Assembly: GCA_951406725.2 (NCBI GenBank)
Contig: OX597839.1
Span: forward strand, 2,232,001 to 2,296,000
Source of the DNA: Octopus vulgaris
Lineage: Eukaryota
Length of the DNA: 64,000 nucleotides
Direction of reading: 5' to 3'
Below the pieces are notes generated by a model that worked only from the letters and a program-made list of their open reading frames with translations, made no database searches and was not told the origin of the DNA. Positions 1 to 15,200 of the stretch are shown here, piece by piece. Position 1 is the first letter of the stretch. Every line of letters begins with the position of its first letter. Position numbers and translations under genes: made by a program.

Positions 1-236
1 CTGCGCCTTCTACTCCTTCTACTCCTCCTTTCCTCCTACTCCTATTACTCTGCCTTGTCATCGTCGTCGTTGTCACTGTTGTTGGTGTCGGAGGTGGTGG
101 TGGTGGTGGTGGTGGTGGTGCTGTTCACGTGTTACCTGTTGTGCAGTTGTTGGTGTGTGTCTCACCTTGATAAGAAAAGGACAAGAGACACAGGTAAACA
201 AACAAAGCAAAGGAATAAAGGAATAACTTAGTACTG

Positions 237-800
237 AGGTGCAGGAGTGGCCGTGTGGTAAAGAAGCTTGCGCTTCCCAACCACATGGTTCCGGGTTTAG
301 TCCCACTTCATGACACCGAGGGCAAGTATCTTCTGCTATAGCCTCGGACCGACCAAAGCCTTGTGGGTGGATTTGGTAGACGGAAACTGAAGGAAGCCCG
401 TCATATACACACACAGATATATTTATTTATTTACTACCCACAAGGGGCTAAACACAGAGGGGACAAACAAGGACAGACAAAGGGATTAAGTCGATTACAT
501 CGACCCCAGTGCGTAACTGGTACTTAATTTATCGACCCCGAGAAGATGAAAGGCAAAGTCGACCTCGGCGGAATTTGAACTCAGAACGTAACACACATAT
601 ATATATAGCTATATAGATATCTATATATTGTGTGTCTGTGCTTGACAACTGTAACTTAGCGGTTCAACCAAAGTTGTTCAACCAAAGTGATTAATAGAAT
701 AAGTACTAGGCTTACAAAGAATAAGTCCTGGGATCGATTTGTTTGACTGAAAGGTGGTGCTCCAGCATGGCCGGAGTCAAATGACTGAAACAAATAAAAG
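237..800 (+). mobile_element. tRNA-derived SINE family A (bipartite, internal microsatellite) with a SINE B nested inside
   Basis: Head 237-403 has A-box-like TGGCCGTGTGG, B-box-like GGTTTAGTCC and ...GGGCAAG (CCTTGGGCAAG in other copies, CORE-like). Tail 630-800 (cttagcggttc...ccagcatggcc...gactgaaacaa) recurs many times in the window. Confidence 0.85.
430..591 (-). mobile_element. SINE family B, 5'-truncated
   Basis: Near-identical to copies at 15197, 26040, 36414, 60388 and 61401 (ttactacccacaaggggctaaacacagagg...gacctcggcggaatttgaactcagaacg). Confidence 0.9.
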
Positions 801-1096
801 AAAAAAAGAAAAGACAACTGAATTAAAGAAACTGTGTTTTTTTTTTTTATTTTGCACAATCAATGACAAAGTGATTTTATACAGGTGAGAGTAGGTTCAT
901 GCGCGCTCACATACACACACACACACACACATACACACACACACACACACACATACACACACACACACACACATACACACACACACACACGCATACACGC
1001 AAGCATATACACGCACATATATGTACTTATATATGTATACGGAAACTTCGAAAACAATTTCTTTAAGTTCACTTGCACACACGTGTTTGTGTGTAT

Positions 1097-1340
1097 GCGT
1101 GGCTTAGTGGTTAGGGTGTCAGCACCATGATCGTGAGATTGTGGTTTCGATTCCTGAACCGGGCGACGCATTGTGTTCTTGAGCAAAATACTTTCATTTC
1201 ACGTTGCTCCAGTCCACTCAGCTGGCAAAAATGAGTAACGCTGCGATGGACTGGCATCCCGTCCAGCTTGGGAACACATACGCCATAGAAACTGGGAAAC
1301 CGGGCCCATGAGCCTGGCTAGGCTTTAAAAGGGCGCATTT
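1097..1340 (+). mobile_element. tRNA-derived SINE family C
   Basis: A box TGGCTTAGTGG and B box GTTTCGATTCC. Reverse-complement copy at 63591-63840. Confidence 0.85.
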
Positions 1341-1827
1341 ATATATATTTATTTAGTATACATGTATGTGTATGTTTCTATATATAATATACATATTTAT
1401 AACTACATTTATATACGCACATGCATACACTCACACGCGCACACACACACACACACATACATGTATATTTGTAAATACATACACACGGACACAATATAGA
1501 CACGCACACACATACACGTACATATGCATATATATACTCGCACACTTTTATTTGTTTTATATGTGTGTGTGTGTGTATATATAATATATGTGTGATTGTA
1601 TTTGTATATATATATATATATGTATATATGTATATAAATGTACTTGCATGTGTGTATATACATGTGTGTGTGAGTGTGTGCGTGTGAGTGTGTGCGTGTG
1701 TGTGTGCGTGTGTGTGTGCGTGTGTGTGTGTGTGTTGTGGTCGTCGCCGTAGTGTCAGAGACGTGATATTGCTGGTATTGGTTGATCGTGATGGTTATAG
1801 TGGTGGTGGTGGTGGTGGTAGTGGTAG

Positions 1828-1877
<50 letters not shown>

Positions 1878-2409
1878 TATGGTGGTTATGGTGCTGGCTA
1901 TAGTGTTCGTCTGCGATAATTGGAATGTCGAGTGCGTGACAGTCAAGCCTCACATTAACATTTCATGTTTTCACTCTGAGGAACAAATGAAAGGTAAACA
2001 CACACATACACACACACACACACACACACAACAGAGAGAGAGAAGGAGGAGGGGGTAACGAGAAATTTACATGTATTATATCTTACTGTACTTTTTAAGA
2101 TGTATGAAGGAACATTTATGTATATAGAAATGTATGTGCATATATTTATATGTGTGTATATATGTGTGTATATATGTGTGTGTCTCTGTGTGTGTGTATG
2201 TATTGATGTATATATATATATGTACACACACACACACACATATAACGGCAGTGCACCAGCATGGCCACAGCTCTGAGCTGAAACTGGAAAGAAAAAAATG
2301 TACGCACACATATATGTATAATTATGTATATACACATACAACTAGATATATACATAGATAGAGTGAGAGGGAGAAAGAGAGAGAAATCCAGGTAGACAAT
2401 CAAACAGAC

Positions 2410-2488
<79 letters not shown>

Positions 2489-2489
2489 C

Positions 2490-2528
<39 letters not shown>

Positions 2529-2569
2529 TGTAGTGAGAAAGAAAGATGTGTATATATATTATACAGATT

Positions 2570-3418
2570 CGTATTAAAGTATGCATAAGGGAATAGACGC
2601 GTGTACAGGTATTGAGGTACAAATGTTATAATGTATTGCAGAGTAAGGTGAACAGAAATATTTAAAGAGGGTTCCAAAAGAGTGTGGATTCGTACACACG
2701 TGTGTACAATTGTGTACAGGTGTATACAAGCGTGGTACTGTAGCGTAAGATGTGCGTTGACGTGTGTAAAGATATGGAAGTACATGTAGAAGTGTGTACA
2801 GGTAAAGGTGGTTGTAAAGAAGTTTAGAATCGAACGCTGGTGTGTACAGGTGTGTAGAAGTGCGTGCAGGTGTAATAATATACTGTAGCGTACAATATGT
2901 GTAAAAGTATTAATTATTTCAAATTTTTGCCACAAGGGCAGCTTGGGGGAGGTGGAGTTGAGTCCATTACATCGACCCCAGTGTTCAACTGGTACTTATT
3001 TTATCGACCCCCGAAAAGATTAAAGGCATAGTCGACCTCGGCGGAACTTGAACTCAGAACATAGCGATAGGCGAAATACCGCTAAGCGTTTCGTCCAGCG
3101 TGCTAACCATTCTGCCAATTCGCCGCCTTATTTACAGGTATATTAATGTACTGTTGTGAACGATGTGCGCTGCTGTGTGTAGAAGTATAAATAGATATAG
3201 TACAGAGGGCTGTAAAGGAGTGTGGAATCGTAAGCACGTGTGCTCAACTATATACAGGTGTATACAGGTGTCATAATGTTTCTTTAGTGTAAGATGTGTT
3301 GCTGTGTATAACGGTATATATATATATATATATAATTTATATATGCATGTATATATACATGTAGATGTCGGTACGTACATATATGTTTGTATGTATGCAT
3401 ATATTTTATTTATTACAC

Positions 3419-3505
<87 letters not shown>

Positions 3506-4500
3506 GTGTAGAAGTGTATATAGGTAGTAGAGAGGTTGTAAAGGTATGAAGAATCGTATGCAGGTTTATGCTGGTGTATACAGGAGTAAAAGTGTATTGT
3601 AGCGTACGATGTGTTTAAAGGTATATAAATATGCGTAGAGGTATGTACAAGTATAGAGGATTGTGAAGGAGCGTTGAATCGTGTTCAGGTGTGAACAGGT
3701 GTATACAAGTGCATACAGGTGTAATATTGTACTGTAGCGTACGATGTGCGTTGATGTGTGTAAAAGTATGTAAACACGCATGGAATTATATACAGGTATA
3801 CAGGGTAGTAAAGGAGTGTAGATCGTATGCACGTGTGCACAGGTGTATAAAGGTGTCATAATGTGTCTTCTGTGTAAGATGCATGCTGATATGTATAAAG
3901 GTATGTGTATGCGTGTAGAAGTATGCACAGGTATAGAGGTGTTGTGAAGGAGTGTTGAATCGTATGCAGGTGTGTTCAGATGTATACAAGTATATACAGG
4001 TATAAAGAGCTGTAAAGGAGTGTAGAATCGCATGCACGTATGCAGAGGTACATACAGGTGTCGTAATGTCTGTCGTGTAAGATTACGCTGATGTGTATAA
4101 AGGTATGTGTATACGTGGAGAAGTGTATACAGGTGTATACAGGTACAGAGGATTGTAAAGGAGTGTAGAGTGGAATGCCGGTGTGCACAGGTGTATTGTA
4201 GTATAATATATATACTAATGTTTGTGGAAATGAGAACAGGTGAGTATCTAATGCATACAGGTCTTATATTACTGCAATAGAGTAGTTTGTGTAAAGGTGT
4301 GTTCAGGTGTGCTAGATATTATATGTTTCGCATAGTATGTACAGTTGAATGCACAGGTATTTACTGGTCTGTGCGGTTCAAACAGGTGTGTACTGATATG
4401 TATGTGGAACTATAGTTTTAGGTAACCACTGATAGGTACTGAGTATTTAATACAGGTGAAAATAGTCGACGCAAACAAGTGATAATGGAATTAGGTGAAA
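2570..4500. repeat. Degenerate CAGGT-rich tandem repeat interrupted by a SINE B and microsatellites
   Basis: Recurring motifs aaggagtgtagaatcgtatgcaggtgtg, caggtgtcataatg and gtagcgtacgatgtg at roughly 60-180 bp spacing. Confidence 0.7.
2925..3129 (-). mobile_element. SINE family B (alternative 3' tail)
   Basis: Shares head and core (atcgaccccagtg...gacctcggcggaacttgaactcag...cgccgcc) with other B copies, but the tail differs. Confidence 0.8.
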
Positions 4501-4509
4501 TTATGCATT

Positions 4510-5630
4510 CAGTGGTGATGGTAGTGGTGGTGGTGACGCGGCGGTGATAGAAGGGATGGTGGTGATAGAGGGGATGGCGGTGATAGAGGGGGTGGTAGTG
4601 GTTGAGGGGGTGGCAGTGATAGAAGGGGTGGCGGTGGTAGTGGTTGAGGGGGTGGCAGTGATAGAAGGGGTGGCGGTGATAGAAGCGGTGGCGGTGTAGG
4701 GGGTGAGGATAATGACGTTGTTCGTGATTGCAGCGATGGTGGTGAGTGTGTTGGTAGTGGTGGAGTTTTTGGTGCTTCTGGTAGCGTTAGTGGTGAAGGC
4801 ACCTGGTGACGGTGGCGGCGTTGGTAGTGATGGTGGCGTTGGTAGTGATGGTGGCGATGGTGGTGTTGCTACAGGTGTTAGCGATGGTGGTGATAATAAT
4901 GGTTGAAATGGTGGTATTCTTGATGGAGGAGTTAGTGTTTGCGGTTGTGGTGCTGGTATGGTGGCGGCGTCGGCGATGGTGGTGGTGATGGTGGTGGTGG
5001 TGGTGGTGGTGGTGGAAGTAGTTTGGTGGAGGTTGTGGTGCTGGTATGGTGGCGGCGGCGGTGGTGGTGGCGGTGGAGTTGGTGGTGGTGGATGTTGTGG
5101 TGCTGGTATGGTTAGGCGGCGGTTGTGGTGGCGGTGGAGTTGGTGGTGGTGGTGGTGGTGGAAGTAGTGTGGTGGAGGTTGTGGTGCTGGTATGGTGGCG
5201 GCGGCGGTGGTGGTGGTGGTGGTGGAGGTAGTGTGGTGGAGGTTGTGGTGCTGGTATGGTGGCGGCGGCGGTGGTGGTGGCGGTGGAGATGGTAGTGGTG
5301 GTGGTGGAGGTAGTGTGGTGGAGGTTGTGGAGCTGGTATGGTGGTGGAGGTAGTGTGGTGCTGGTATTGTGGCGGCGGCGGTAGTAGTGGCGGTGGAGAT
5401 GGTGGTGGTGGAGGTAGTGTGGTGGAGGTTGTGGTGCTGGTATGCTGGCGGCGGTGGAGTTTGTGGTGGTGGTGGTGGAGGTTGTGGTGCTGATATGGTG
5501 GCGGCGACGGCGGCGGTGGGGGTGGGGGGTGTTCATAATGGTGGGAATAGAACCGTTGGTCGTGTTGTTGATAGTGGCACCTGCCTTTGTGGTGATAATG
5601 ATGATGTTGATGACGATAATTATGCCTGTG
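4510..5630. repeat. GGT/GGC-rich compound microsatellite/minisatellite
   Basis: Repeated unit ggtggaggttgtggtgctggtatggtggcggcggcgg within (GGT)n. Confidence 0.85.
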
Positions 5631-5734
5631 CGCATGTTTGTGAGAGAGTGAAAGAAGTAGAAGGGAAAGGAAGAGAGAGAGGGTAAGAGAGAGAGAGAGA
5701 CAGAGAGAGAGAGAGAGAAAGGAGGGAGAAAATG

Positions 5735-5878
5735 TGTAAGTAGCTTGCTTACCAACCACATGGTTCCGGGTTCAGTCCCATTGCGTGGCACCTTGGGCAA
5801 GTGTCTTCTACTATAGCCTCGGGCCGACCAAAGCCTTGTGTGTGGATTTGGTAGAAGGGAACTGAAAGAAGCCCGTCG

Positions 5879-5929
<51 letters not shown>

Positions 5930-6325
5930 TGTGTGTGTGAGGTCGACTTTGCCTTTCATCCTCTCGAAGTCGATAAATAAAGTACCAGTTTTGCAGTGGG
6001 GTCGATGTAATCGACTTAATCCCTTTATCTGTCCTTGTTTGTCCCCTCTATGTTTAGCCCCTTGTGGGCAGTAAAGATATATATATATATATATGTGTGT
6101 GTGTGTTTGTGTGTCTGTATTTGTTACCCACCCCCACCAACATCGCTTGACAACCGATGCTGGTGTGTTTACGTCCCCGTAACTTAGCGTTTCGGCAAAT
6201 GAGAACGATAGCAAAAGTACTAGGCTTACAAAGAATAAGTCCTGGGGTCGATTTGCTCGACTGAAGTTGGTGCTCCAGCATGGCCGCAGTCAAATGCCTG
6301 AAACAAGTAAAAGAGTAAAAGAGTA
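5735..6325 (+). mobile_element. SINE A with a SINE B fragment (5938-6076, +) nested in its internal microsatellite
   Basis: Order is A head 5735-5880, (TA)n(TG)n, B fragment, (TA)n(TG)n, A tail ending gtaaaagagtaaaagagta. Confidence 0.85.
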
Positions 6326-6392
6326 TAAGTTATTTACATTTTCCATAAAAGTTGCTCACACACACACACATATGTGTGTATGTGCGTGTATG

Positions 6393-6430
<38 letters not shown>

Positions 6431-6636
6431 TAAATGTATGTGCTTGACTGATATATTATTTCGTCGACTTTCAGGAAGGTGGGAAGCAAAGCTGACCTCG
6501 GCAGGATTCGAACTCACAACGTAAAGAAGCAGAGAGAATGGCGTTAAACATTTTGTCCGACGCACTAACAATTCTGATAGCTCGCTGCCTTGAAAATAAA
6601 GAATACTGGCCGTCTATTCCAAAAAAGAAAAAAAAA

Positions 6637-6760
6637 CCGGCACTCCGTCGGTTACGACGACGAGTATTTCAGTTGGTCCGATCCACAGAACAACTTGCTC
6701 GTTAAATTAACGTGCAAATGGCTGAGTACTCCACAGACACGCCTACCCTTAACGTAGTTC
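6637..6760 (-). mobile_element. SINE family D 3' fragment
   Basis: Reverse complement of the 3' part of the full copy at 25273-25645 (cactccgtcggttacgacgacgag). Confidence 0.8.
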
Positions 6761-6764
6761 ACAG

Positions 6765-8157
<1,393 letters not shown>

Positions 8158-8398
8158 CTCATATACATATGTGTGTGTGTGTGTGTATGTATACATGTGT
8201 ATACATAAATACATACATAAAACATAAATACATACATACTCAGATATTTACGTATGCATGCATGCAGAAAATAGACATACATACAAGCATATATACAAGC
8301 ATACATACATAATGCTTACATACTTACATGCATACATACATACATACATACATACATACACACATAAACACATACATGCATACATACATACATAATGC

Positions 8399-8429
<31 letters not shown>

Positions 8430-8704
8430 CATACATACATACATAGATACACATGCTTCCAAACATTCCACTGTTAACTAATAGCGGTGTCTGACACGTG
8501 AGTTGGACACGGAACGGCTATTGTAATAGGACAGGTGTTTTCATTGTATGTCAGTAAGTTACAGCAGCAGAAACAGCATTAGCAGCAGCAGCAGCAATAG
8601 CCGCAGTTGTAGTAGCAGCAGTAGCCGCGGTAGTAGTAGCAACAGCAGAGAAGCATATGTCTGCTTCATTCTTACCATTTGTGTGTGCCCGCGTATGTAT
8701 GTGC

Positions 8705-8779
<75 letters not shown>

Positions 8780-8819
8780 GCAAACATAGACAGACATATG
8801 CGCGTAGACAAATTAACAG

Positions 8820-9290
8820 GATATTGGGTCATCCCATAAATAATGCAGTTTTTTCAATTGCATAAACTCAGTCGGAGGAGGACGACACAAACTACCTGCA
8901 TCCACTTGCTATAAAAGCAGGCAGTTATTTTACCTTGTGCTTATTCTTAGTGCAAGTTCTGAAGAGTGCAGTTCGATTTTAACATTTATTTTTTCAACGC
9001 TGTAATGGAAGTGAAAAAGGAGCATATTCGGCATATTTTACTTTTTTGAGTTCAATAAAGGCAACAACGCGACGGAAATTTTATGCAGTATACGCGGGTG
9101 GGACAATAAGCGTAAGTCAACGGTGATTCCAGAAATTCCGAGCCGGAAACTACAGCCTCGTCCCGGAAGATATGCAGAGCTCGACGAGGACGTCCTGCAA
9201 ATCCTGGTGGAACAAAATTTCATCGTAACTGTTGAGGAACTTGCAAGAAAGCTCGGATTTGGTCATTCGAACATTCATCGACACCTGTAG
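8820..9290 (+). mobile_element. mariner transposon 5' fragment
   Basis: TIR-like tattgggtcatcccataaataatgc. ATG at 9005 reads MEVKKEHIRHILLF..FNKGNNATE, then RPGR..LDEDVL..LVEQN...TVEELARKLGFGHSNIHRHL (mariner HTH), frameshifted. Confidence 0.8.
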
Positions 9291-9505
9291 GTTCTTCACA
9301 AACTTTCTAATACTATTTCACTGAAGCATTTGTATATCGAGTTCTAACACCTGGTTATTTGTATCGCTACGCCACTACAGATCACTACAGTGCACTGAAA
9401 AGATGGAAATAGCATGTGGGGTACTGTGACCTCTTGGCAGAAACAGTTGTAAGAAACTGCTCTTGTTTCTCTATTCTAGAAATTACTGGTGCTTTACACA
9501 TGTAT

Positions 9506-9749
9506 ATCACTTTGATCACTTTGACCGACCAGTCCGTCAGGCGTCCATTTGACACCGCTGGTCACAGCACGCTGTCCACTCCTCTCTGGATCGCGCCTTT
9601 CTCATCCACGTGATCCCAATCGTCTACTTGAAATCGTCACTCCACCGTCGTGGAGGTCTTCCGGGTGGTCTTTTCCGCTCACGCGGGTACCATTCGACAA
9701 CTGCGTGCGTCCACCGATTATCGGTGAGCCGGGCGACGTGTCCAGCCCA
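9506..9749 (-). mobile_element. RTE-clade LINE 3' end
   Basis: Minus strand reads WAGHVARLTDNRWTHAVVEWYPRERKRPPGRPPRRWSDDF, typical of the RTE C-terminus, followed by a short tandem tail (caaagtgat)2. Confidence 0.85.
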
Positions 9750-9964
9750 TCTATACTCTCAGAACTGTTTTAAATAAATAGACTTAATATAATATCTAAC
9801 AGCTGATGCATACTACCTCTGGATTCCATCCATATTCTTCTTGCCATATAAATTAAGGGTAAAACCACTTGTTACCCTCGCCCATTTATTATGCTCAGTA
9901 GTGTAATTGCCACGCAATAACCTACACTTGTGTATTAATTGGGTATTCTACAAGCAAAAAAGGT

Positions 9965-11015
9965 AATTAAAGAGGTCAAATTGTTAGTGTTCGTATAGCA
10001 GACACTAGCGCGTAACGAAAACACCGAAATGTTTGATGTATCAAGAAATACTGTCTCGAAAGTAATGACAGACTTTGAGAAAGAGGGAAAAACCTCCTCG
10101 TCGAAACAACTCCGGAAGAAAACCAAATCTTTCAGGTAAGGGATCGTCGGACTCTTCCGCGAATTGTTGGAAAGGATCACAAAAGTACAGCTCCCAAAAT
10201 TACTGCAGAGCTTAATGACCACCTCGAGAACCCATTTTCCACAGAAACTCTTCGCCGGGAGATGCACAAAGCAAGATATCACGGGAGGTTTGCAATCATA
10301 AAACCACTAATTTCAAAAGCAAACGTTGCAAAGCGTTTAGAGTGGCGTAAAAACCGACACATTTGGTCCCTAGAGCAGTGGAAGAATGTTATTTTCTCGG
10401 ACGAGTGATCTTTAACTTATTTCCTACTCCGGCCGAATATACGTGATGAGACAGCCAAAAGAAGCATTTGACCCAGATTGCCTTCTTCCAACTGTTAAAC
10501 ATGGAGGAAGATCTGTAATGATCAGAGGGGCTATATCTTGGAAATCCGCCGACCCAATGATTTCCCTTCATGGCAGAATTAATAGTCAAGACTATTTAAG
10601 CATTTTATCTGATCAAATTCATCCTAAGGTTGCGGAACTGTTTCCGGAGGGAAACGCAATCTTTCAGGATGATAATGCATTAAAGCTGTTACTGAATGGC
10701 ACGAGCAACATTCTAGTGAAGTTGAACATCTTATCTGGCCACCACAGTCCCCAGATCTCAATATTATTGAAAATTTATGGTGCATTTCAGAAAAACAAAT
10801 AAGGAGTCGATATCCTCTCACATCATCACTACAAGAACTGGAGACTGTTTTAGTTGAAGAATGGACAAAAATTCCTTTGGGAACAATTCAAACTTTGTAC
10901 GAGTACATACCTCGTAGAATTCAAGTTATAATTACTGCCAAAGGCGGTCCTACTCCATATTAAAATAAATTCGTTTGAAATTTTAAGGTGTTTCCATTAT
11001 TTTGTCCAACCCCAG
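9965..11015 (+). mobile_element. Tc1-like (DD34E-type) transposon, defective, left end missing
   Basis: Motifs WKNVIFSDE, PTVKHGGRSVM, IFQDDNA and WPPQSPDLNIIENLW lie across frameshifts. Right TIR ggtgtttccattattttgtccaaccccag followed by TA. Confidence 0.9.
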
Positions 11016-11022
11016 TATATAT

Positions 11023-11237
11023 ACTCTTTACTCTTTTACTTGTTTCAGTCATTTGACTGCGGCCATGCTGGAGCACCGCCTTTAGTCGAGCAAATCGACC
11101 CCGAGACTTATTCTTTGTAAGCCCAGTACTTATTCTTTCGGTCTCTTTTGCCGAACCGCTAAGTTACGGGGACGTAAGTACACCAGCATCGGTTGTCAAG
11201 CAATGCTAGGGGGACAAACACAGACACACAAACACAA

Positions 11238-11268
<31 letters not shown>

Positions 11269-11439
11269 CATATATACGACTGGCTTCTTTCAGTTTCCGT
11301 CTACCAAATCCACTCACAAGGCATTGGTCGGGCCGGGGCTATAGCAGAAGACTCTTGCCCAAGATGCCACGCAGTGGGACTGAACCCGGAACCATGTGGT
11401 TGGTAAGCAAGCTACTTACCACACAGACACTCCTGCGCC
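11023..11439 (-). mobile_element. Full-length SINE A
   Basis: Tail, (CA)n(TA)n spacer and tRNA-like head are contiguous, flanked by TA runs. Confidence 0.9.
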
Positions 11440-11472
<33 letters not shown>

Positions 11473-11565
11473 GGGTAGAAATTGATATTTATCAATTAAA
11501 ACCAGTGGTCTAGCATATTAAAAAAGAATCCATCCGAAGATTAAAATATTTATATATACCAATTA

Positions 11566-11740
11566 AGGACTGAACACGAAAAGTGGACAGTCAACATGCT
11601 AGATATAGACGTCAAATCGCCATTCTCCACAAAGATTATGTTCTCAAATCAAATCAATTTGAGAACATAATCTTTGTGGAGAATGCCAATTTGACGTCTA
11701 TATCTAGCATGTTGACTGTCCACTTTTCGTGTTCAGTCCT
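11566..11740. repeat. Near-perfect 84-bp-arm inverted repeat (7-nt loop)
   Basis: aggactgaacacg...gttctcaaat / atttgagaac...cgtgttcagtcct, with 2 mismatches. Confidence 0.95.
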
Positions 11741-12082
11741 ATATATATATATATATATATATAATATTGCGCGAGGACTCTGATTCGATGCCCATACGCG
11801 CATTTTGCCAACCAGATTGGGTTAAACTCCAAGCCGTGGTGAATGCAACAAATCCAGGAAAGCGCAAAGTATGCTGATTGTTGAGTTTATGGCAAACATT
11901 AGCACCAACTTTCTGTTATCGGTATTTTCAGAAAGTGTACCTGACGCAACACGTTTCTGCACCGAGGAAGAGAAATTTTTTCTGTCTGGGTTGTCTAACA
12001 GCAATAAAGTTGTCGGCTGTTAAACCCTCATATATATATGTGTGTGTATGCGCCTGCGCACAGCCGTGTGTGTATATATCTA

Positions 12083-12151
<69 letters not shown>

Positions 12152-12500
12152 CTATCTATCTATCTATCTACCTATCTATCTACCTATCTAGCTATCTACC
12201 TATCTATATATCTATCTACCTACCTACCTACCTATCTATCTACCTATCTATCTATCTATCTATCTACATGTGTGTGTGTGTGTGTGTGTATGTATCTAAG
12301 TATGCATATGTGAGTGTGTGTGTATATATACACTCAAAGAAAGATATGCATATATATATATACACATATACATATATGTATGTATATTGTATACATCAAT
12401 CTGTCTGTCTATCTGTCTATCTATCTTTCAATCTATCTATCTATCTATCTTCACTCTGTGTGTGTGTATACACACACACACACACACATATATATATACA

Positions 12501-12590
<90 letters not shown>

Positions 12591-12694
12591 CGTGTGTGTG
12601 AAAGATTTGTGCTAAAACCTTTTTCGCACCTGACTTTTCTTAATGCATTCTACTTTCATTCTCGGTTCAATCTTTCACTATCTCTGTCTATCTC

Positions 12695-12736
<42 letters not shown>

Positions 12737-12764
12737 GTGGAAACTCAACACACACACACAACAT

Positions 12765-12816
<52 letters not shown>

Positions 12817-12939
12817 TCATCCGAAAGCTAGTTAGTAGCAGCCATACTATTACACTACAGCTCGCCACTGTGGTTAGTAATTAGAAGGCTGGCAGTGGAA
12901 ACACCTTAGCGTTGCAGCAGCAACAACTTCTCTCGTTAA

Positions 12940-12949
12940 CTTGGTACTG

Positions 12950-12982
<33 letters not shown>

Positions 12983-13141
12983 ATAGTTGTGGCAGTAGCA
13001 GCCGCAGCAGCAGTACTAACAGCCGCCGCGGTAGCAGCAGCAATCGTCGGTAATAATAACAGCAGTAGCAGTACTAACAGGGGCAGCGGTAGCGGCAGCA
13101 GTAGTGGCAGCAGCATAGCAGTTATTGTCGCCGTTGTCGTT

Positions 13142-13195
<54 letters not shown>

Positions 13196-13327
13196 AGAGG
13201 AGGAGGAGGAGGAGGAGGAGCAGGAGCAGGAGCAGGAGCAGGAGGAGGGGGAGGGGAGGAGCAGGAGGAGCAGGAGATGTTTTTGTCATAACAGCTGCAG
13301 CAGCAGCAGCAGCAGTAGTAGTAGTAA

Positions 13328-13359
<32 letters not shown>

Positions 13360-13413
13360 ATAGTAGTAGTAGTAGTAGTAGTAGTAGCAGCAGCAGCAGC
13401 AGCAGCAGTAGTT

Positions 13414-13445
<32 letters not shown>

Positions 13446-13542
13446 TGTTGTTGTAGTGGTAGTAGTAGTAGTAGTAGTAGTAGCAGCAGCAGCACCAGTA
13501 GTTGTAGTAGTAGTAGTTGTTGTTGTTGTAGTGGTAGTAGTG

Positions 13543-13586
<44 letters not shown>

Positions 13587-13590
13587 TTGA
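12940..13590. repeat. Compound triplet microsatellite (TAG/CAG/GGA)
   Basis: Direct reading of the sequence. Confidence 0.95.
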
Positions 13591-14221
13591 GAAAGCAGAA
13601 ATCAAACAAGAGACAAAGGAACAGCATCGTACGCGTCCATGTTTTTGCAGTGCAACGGATGAAACGTTAAAACGCTCAAGTGAAACGCCTTGTATTTGTT
13701 TTGTCAAAAGAGTTCGCTTTCAGCTTAGACCAATACAAAATTCATACAGCATTCGTGAAACTAATAGAAATTGTGATAGCATAGAGTGATTAGAGGTTGT
13801 TGGTTCTAGCAAGTCGAACGACCTCATTGACTGGTGTGCTTCAGTAGAGAGATTTGTTGGTTTAACTTAGCAAGAACGTGACGCTTCGGAATGAAGGCCC
13901 TCGTCAAACTATAAAATAGTCTAGCCTGACAGGATCGTTTTAATCTCCCTACTTTTCTCTCTTACACGCTAACACACACATACGTATATATTCATACACA
14001 AACACATATACAAATAACGCTCACACATACACATACATACATACATGTGTATACGTTCTTTTTTCCATAAACAGCATATTACAAAGTAACTCAAAGACTG
14101 AGTTTTTCGTGCGTTGGTGCTTTTCAAACACACAACTCTCGCATCTTGAGTTACTCTGTAACTTCTATCGGTCAATAATAAATAAACGTATATATGCTCA
14201 TGTTTTTTTTGTACCACACAT

Positions 14222-14700
14222 ACGACAAGCCTCTTTCAGTTTCCTTCTACCAAATCCACTCACAAGGCTTTGATCGGCCCGACGCTATAGTAGAAGACAC
14301 TCGCCCAGAGTGTCATGCAGTGGGACCGAAACCAGAATCATGTGGTTGGGGACAAACAAGGATAGACAAAGGGTTTAAGTCAATTACATCGATCCCAGTG
14401 CGTAACTGGTACTTTCATCCTTTCGGGGTCGTTAAATTAAGTATCAGTTGCGTACTGGGGTCGATCTAATCGAGTGGCGCCCTCCCCCAAAATTTCGGAC
14501 CTTGTGCCTAGAGTAGAAAAGAACCGTTAGCACGCCGGCTGAAATTCTTAGCGGTATTTCATCTGAGTTCAATTCCATTGAGGTCGACTTTCATCCTTTG
14601 GTGATCGATAAATTAAGTACCAGTGAAACACTGGGGTCGACGTAGTCGACTAGTCCCCTCCCCGAAAGTTTCCAGGCCTTGTGCCTTCAGTAGACAGAAT
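14222..14700. mobile_element. Cluster of SINE A head (-) and SINE B fragments in both orientations
   Basis: Matches the family sequences. An inverted B junction lies at about 14380-14473. Confidence 0.75.
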
Positions 14701-14885
14701 TATTATTATTCACTCTGTGAGGATTATTAACATACCTATTTGATGTACATGCCTTGTATTGGTGAAGTGTTCCTTTAATATGGTGGGTGAAAAAAAAAAA
14801 CCAAAGATCATTTGGTTAATGCGATCAAAATTTATGCATCAAGGACTACTGGGGTGATCACCAAGATATTCCTGATTCCCTCAAT

Positions 14886-14950
<65 letters not shown>

Positions 14951-15151
14951 ATATACATGCATGCACACACACACACATATATACCTGTATGTATGTATGT
15001 ATGTATGTATATATATATGTGTGTGTGTGCGTATATATATATATGTATATATGTACGGATGTAGGTATACAGAAATACTCCTCACACATATGTATATACC
15101 TGTATGTATGTATATATCTATATGTTTGTATATATGTATGTGTATATGATA

Positions 15152-15196
<45 letters not shown>

Positions 15197-15200
<4 letters not shown>

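Noticed and set aside
4787-6214. 475-aa minus-strand ORF
   Set aside because: It runs through SINE A/B sequence and a (CCA)n repeat, so it is stop-free by composition and has no domain signal.
12874-13707. 277-aa ORF with poly-Y/C/T/P
   Set aside because: It is a translation of triplet microsatellites.
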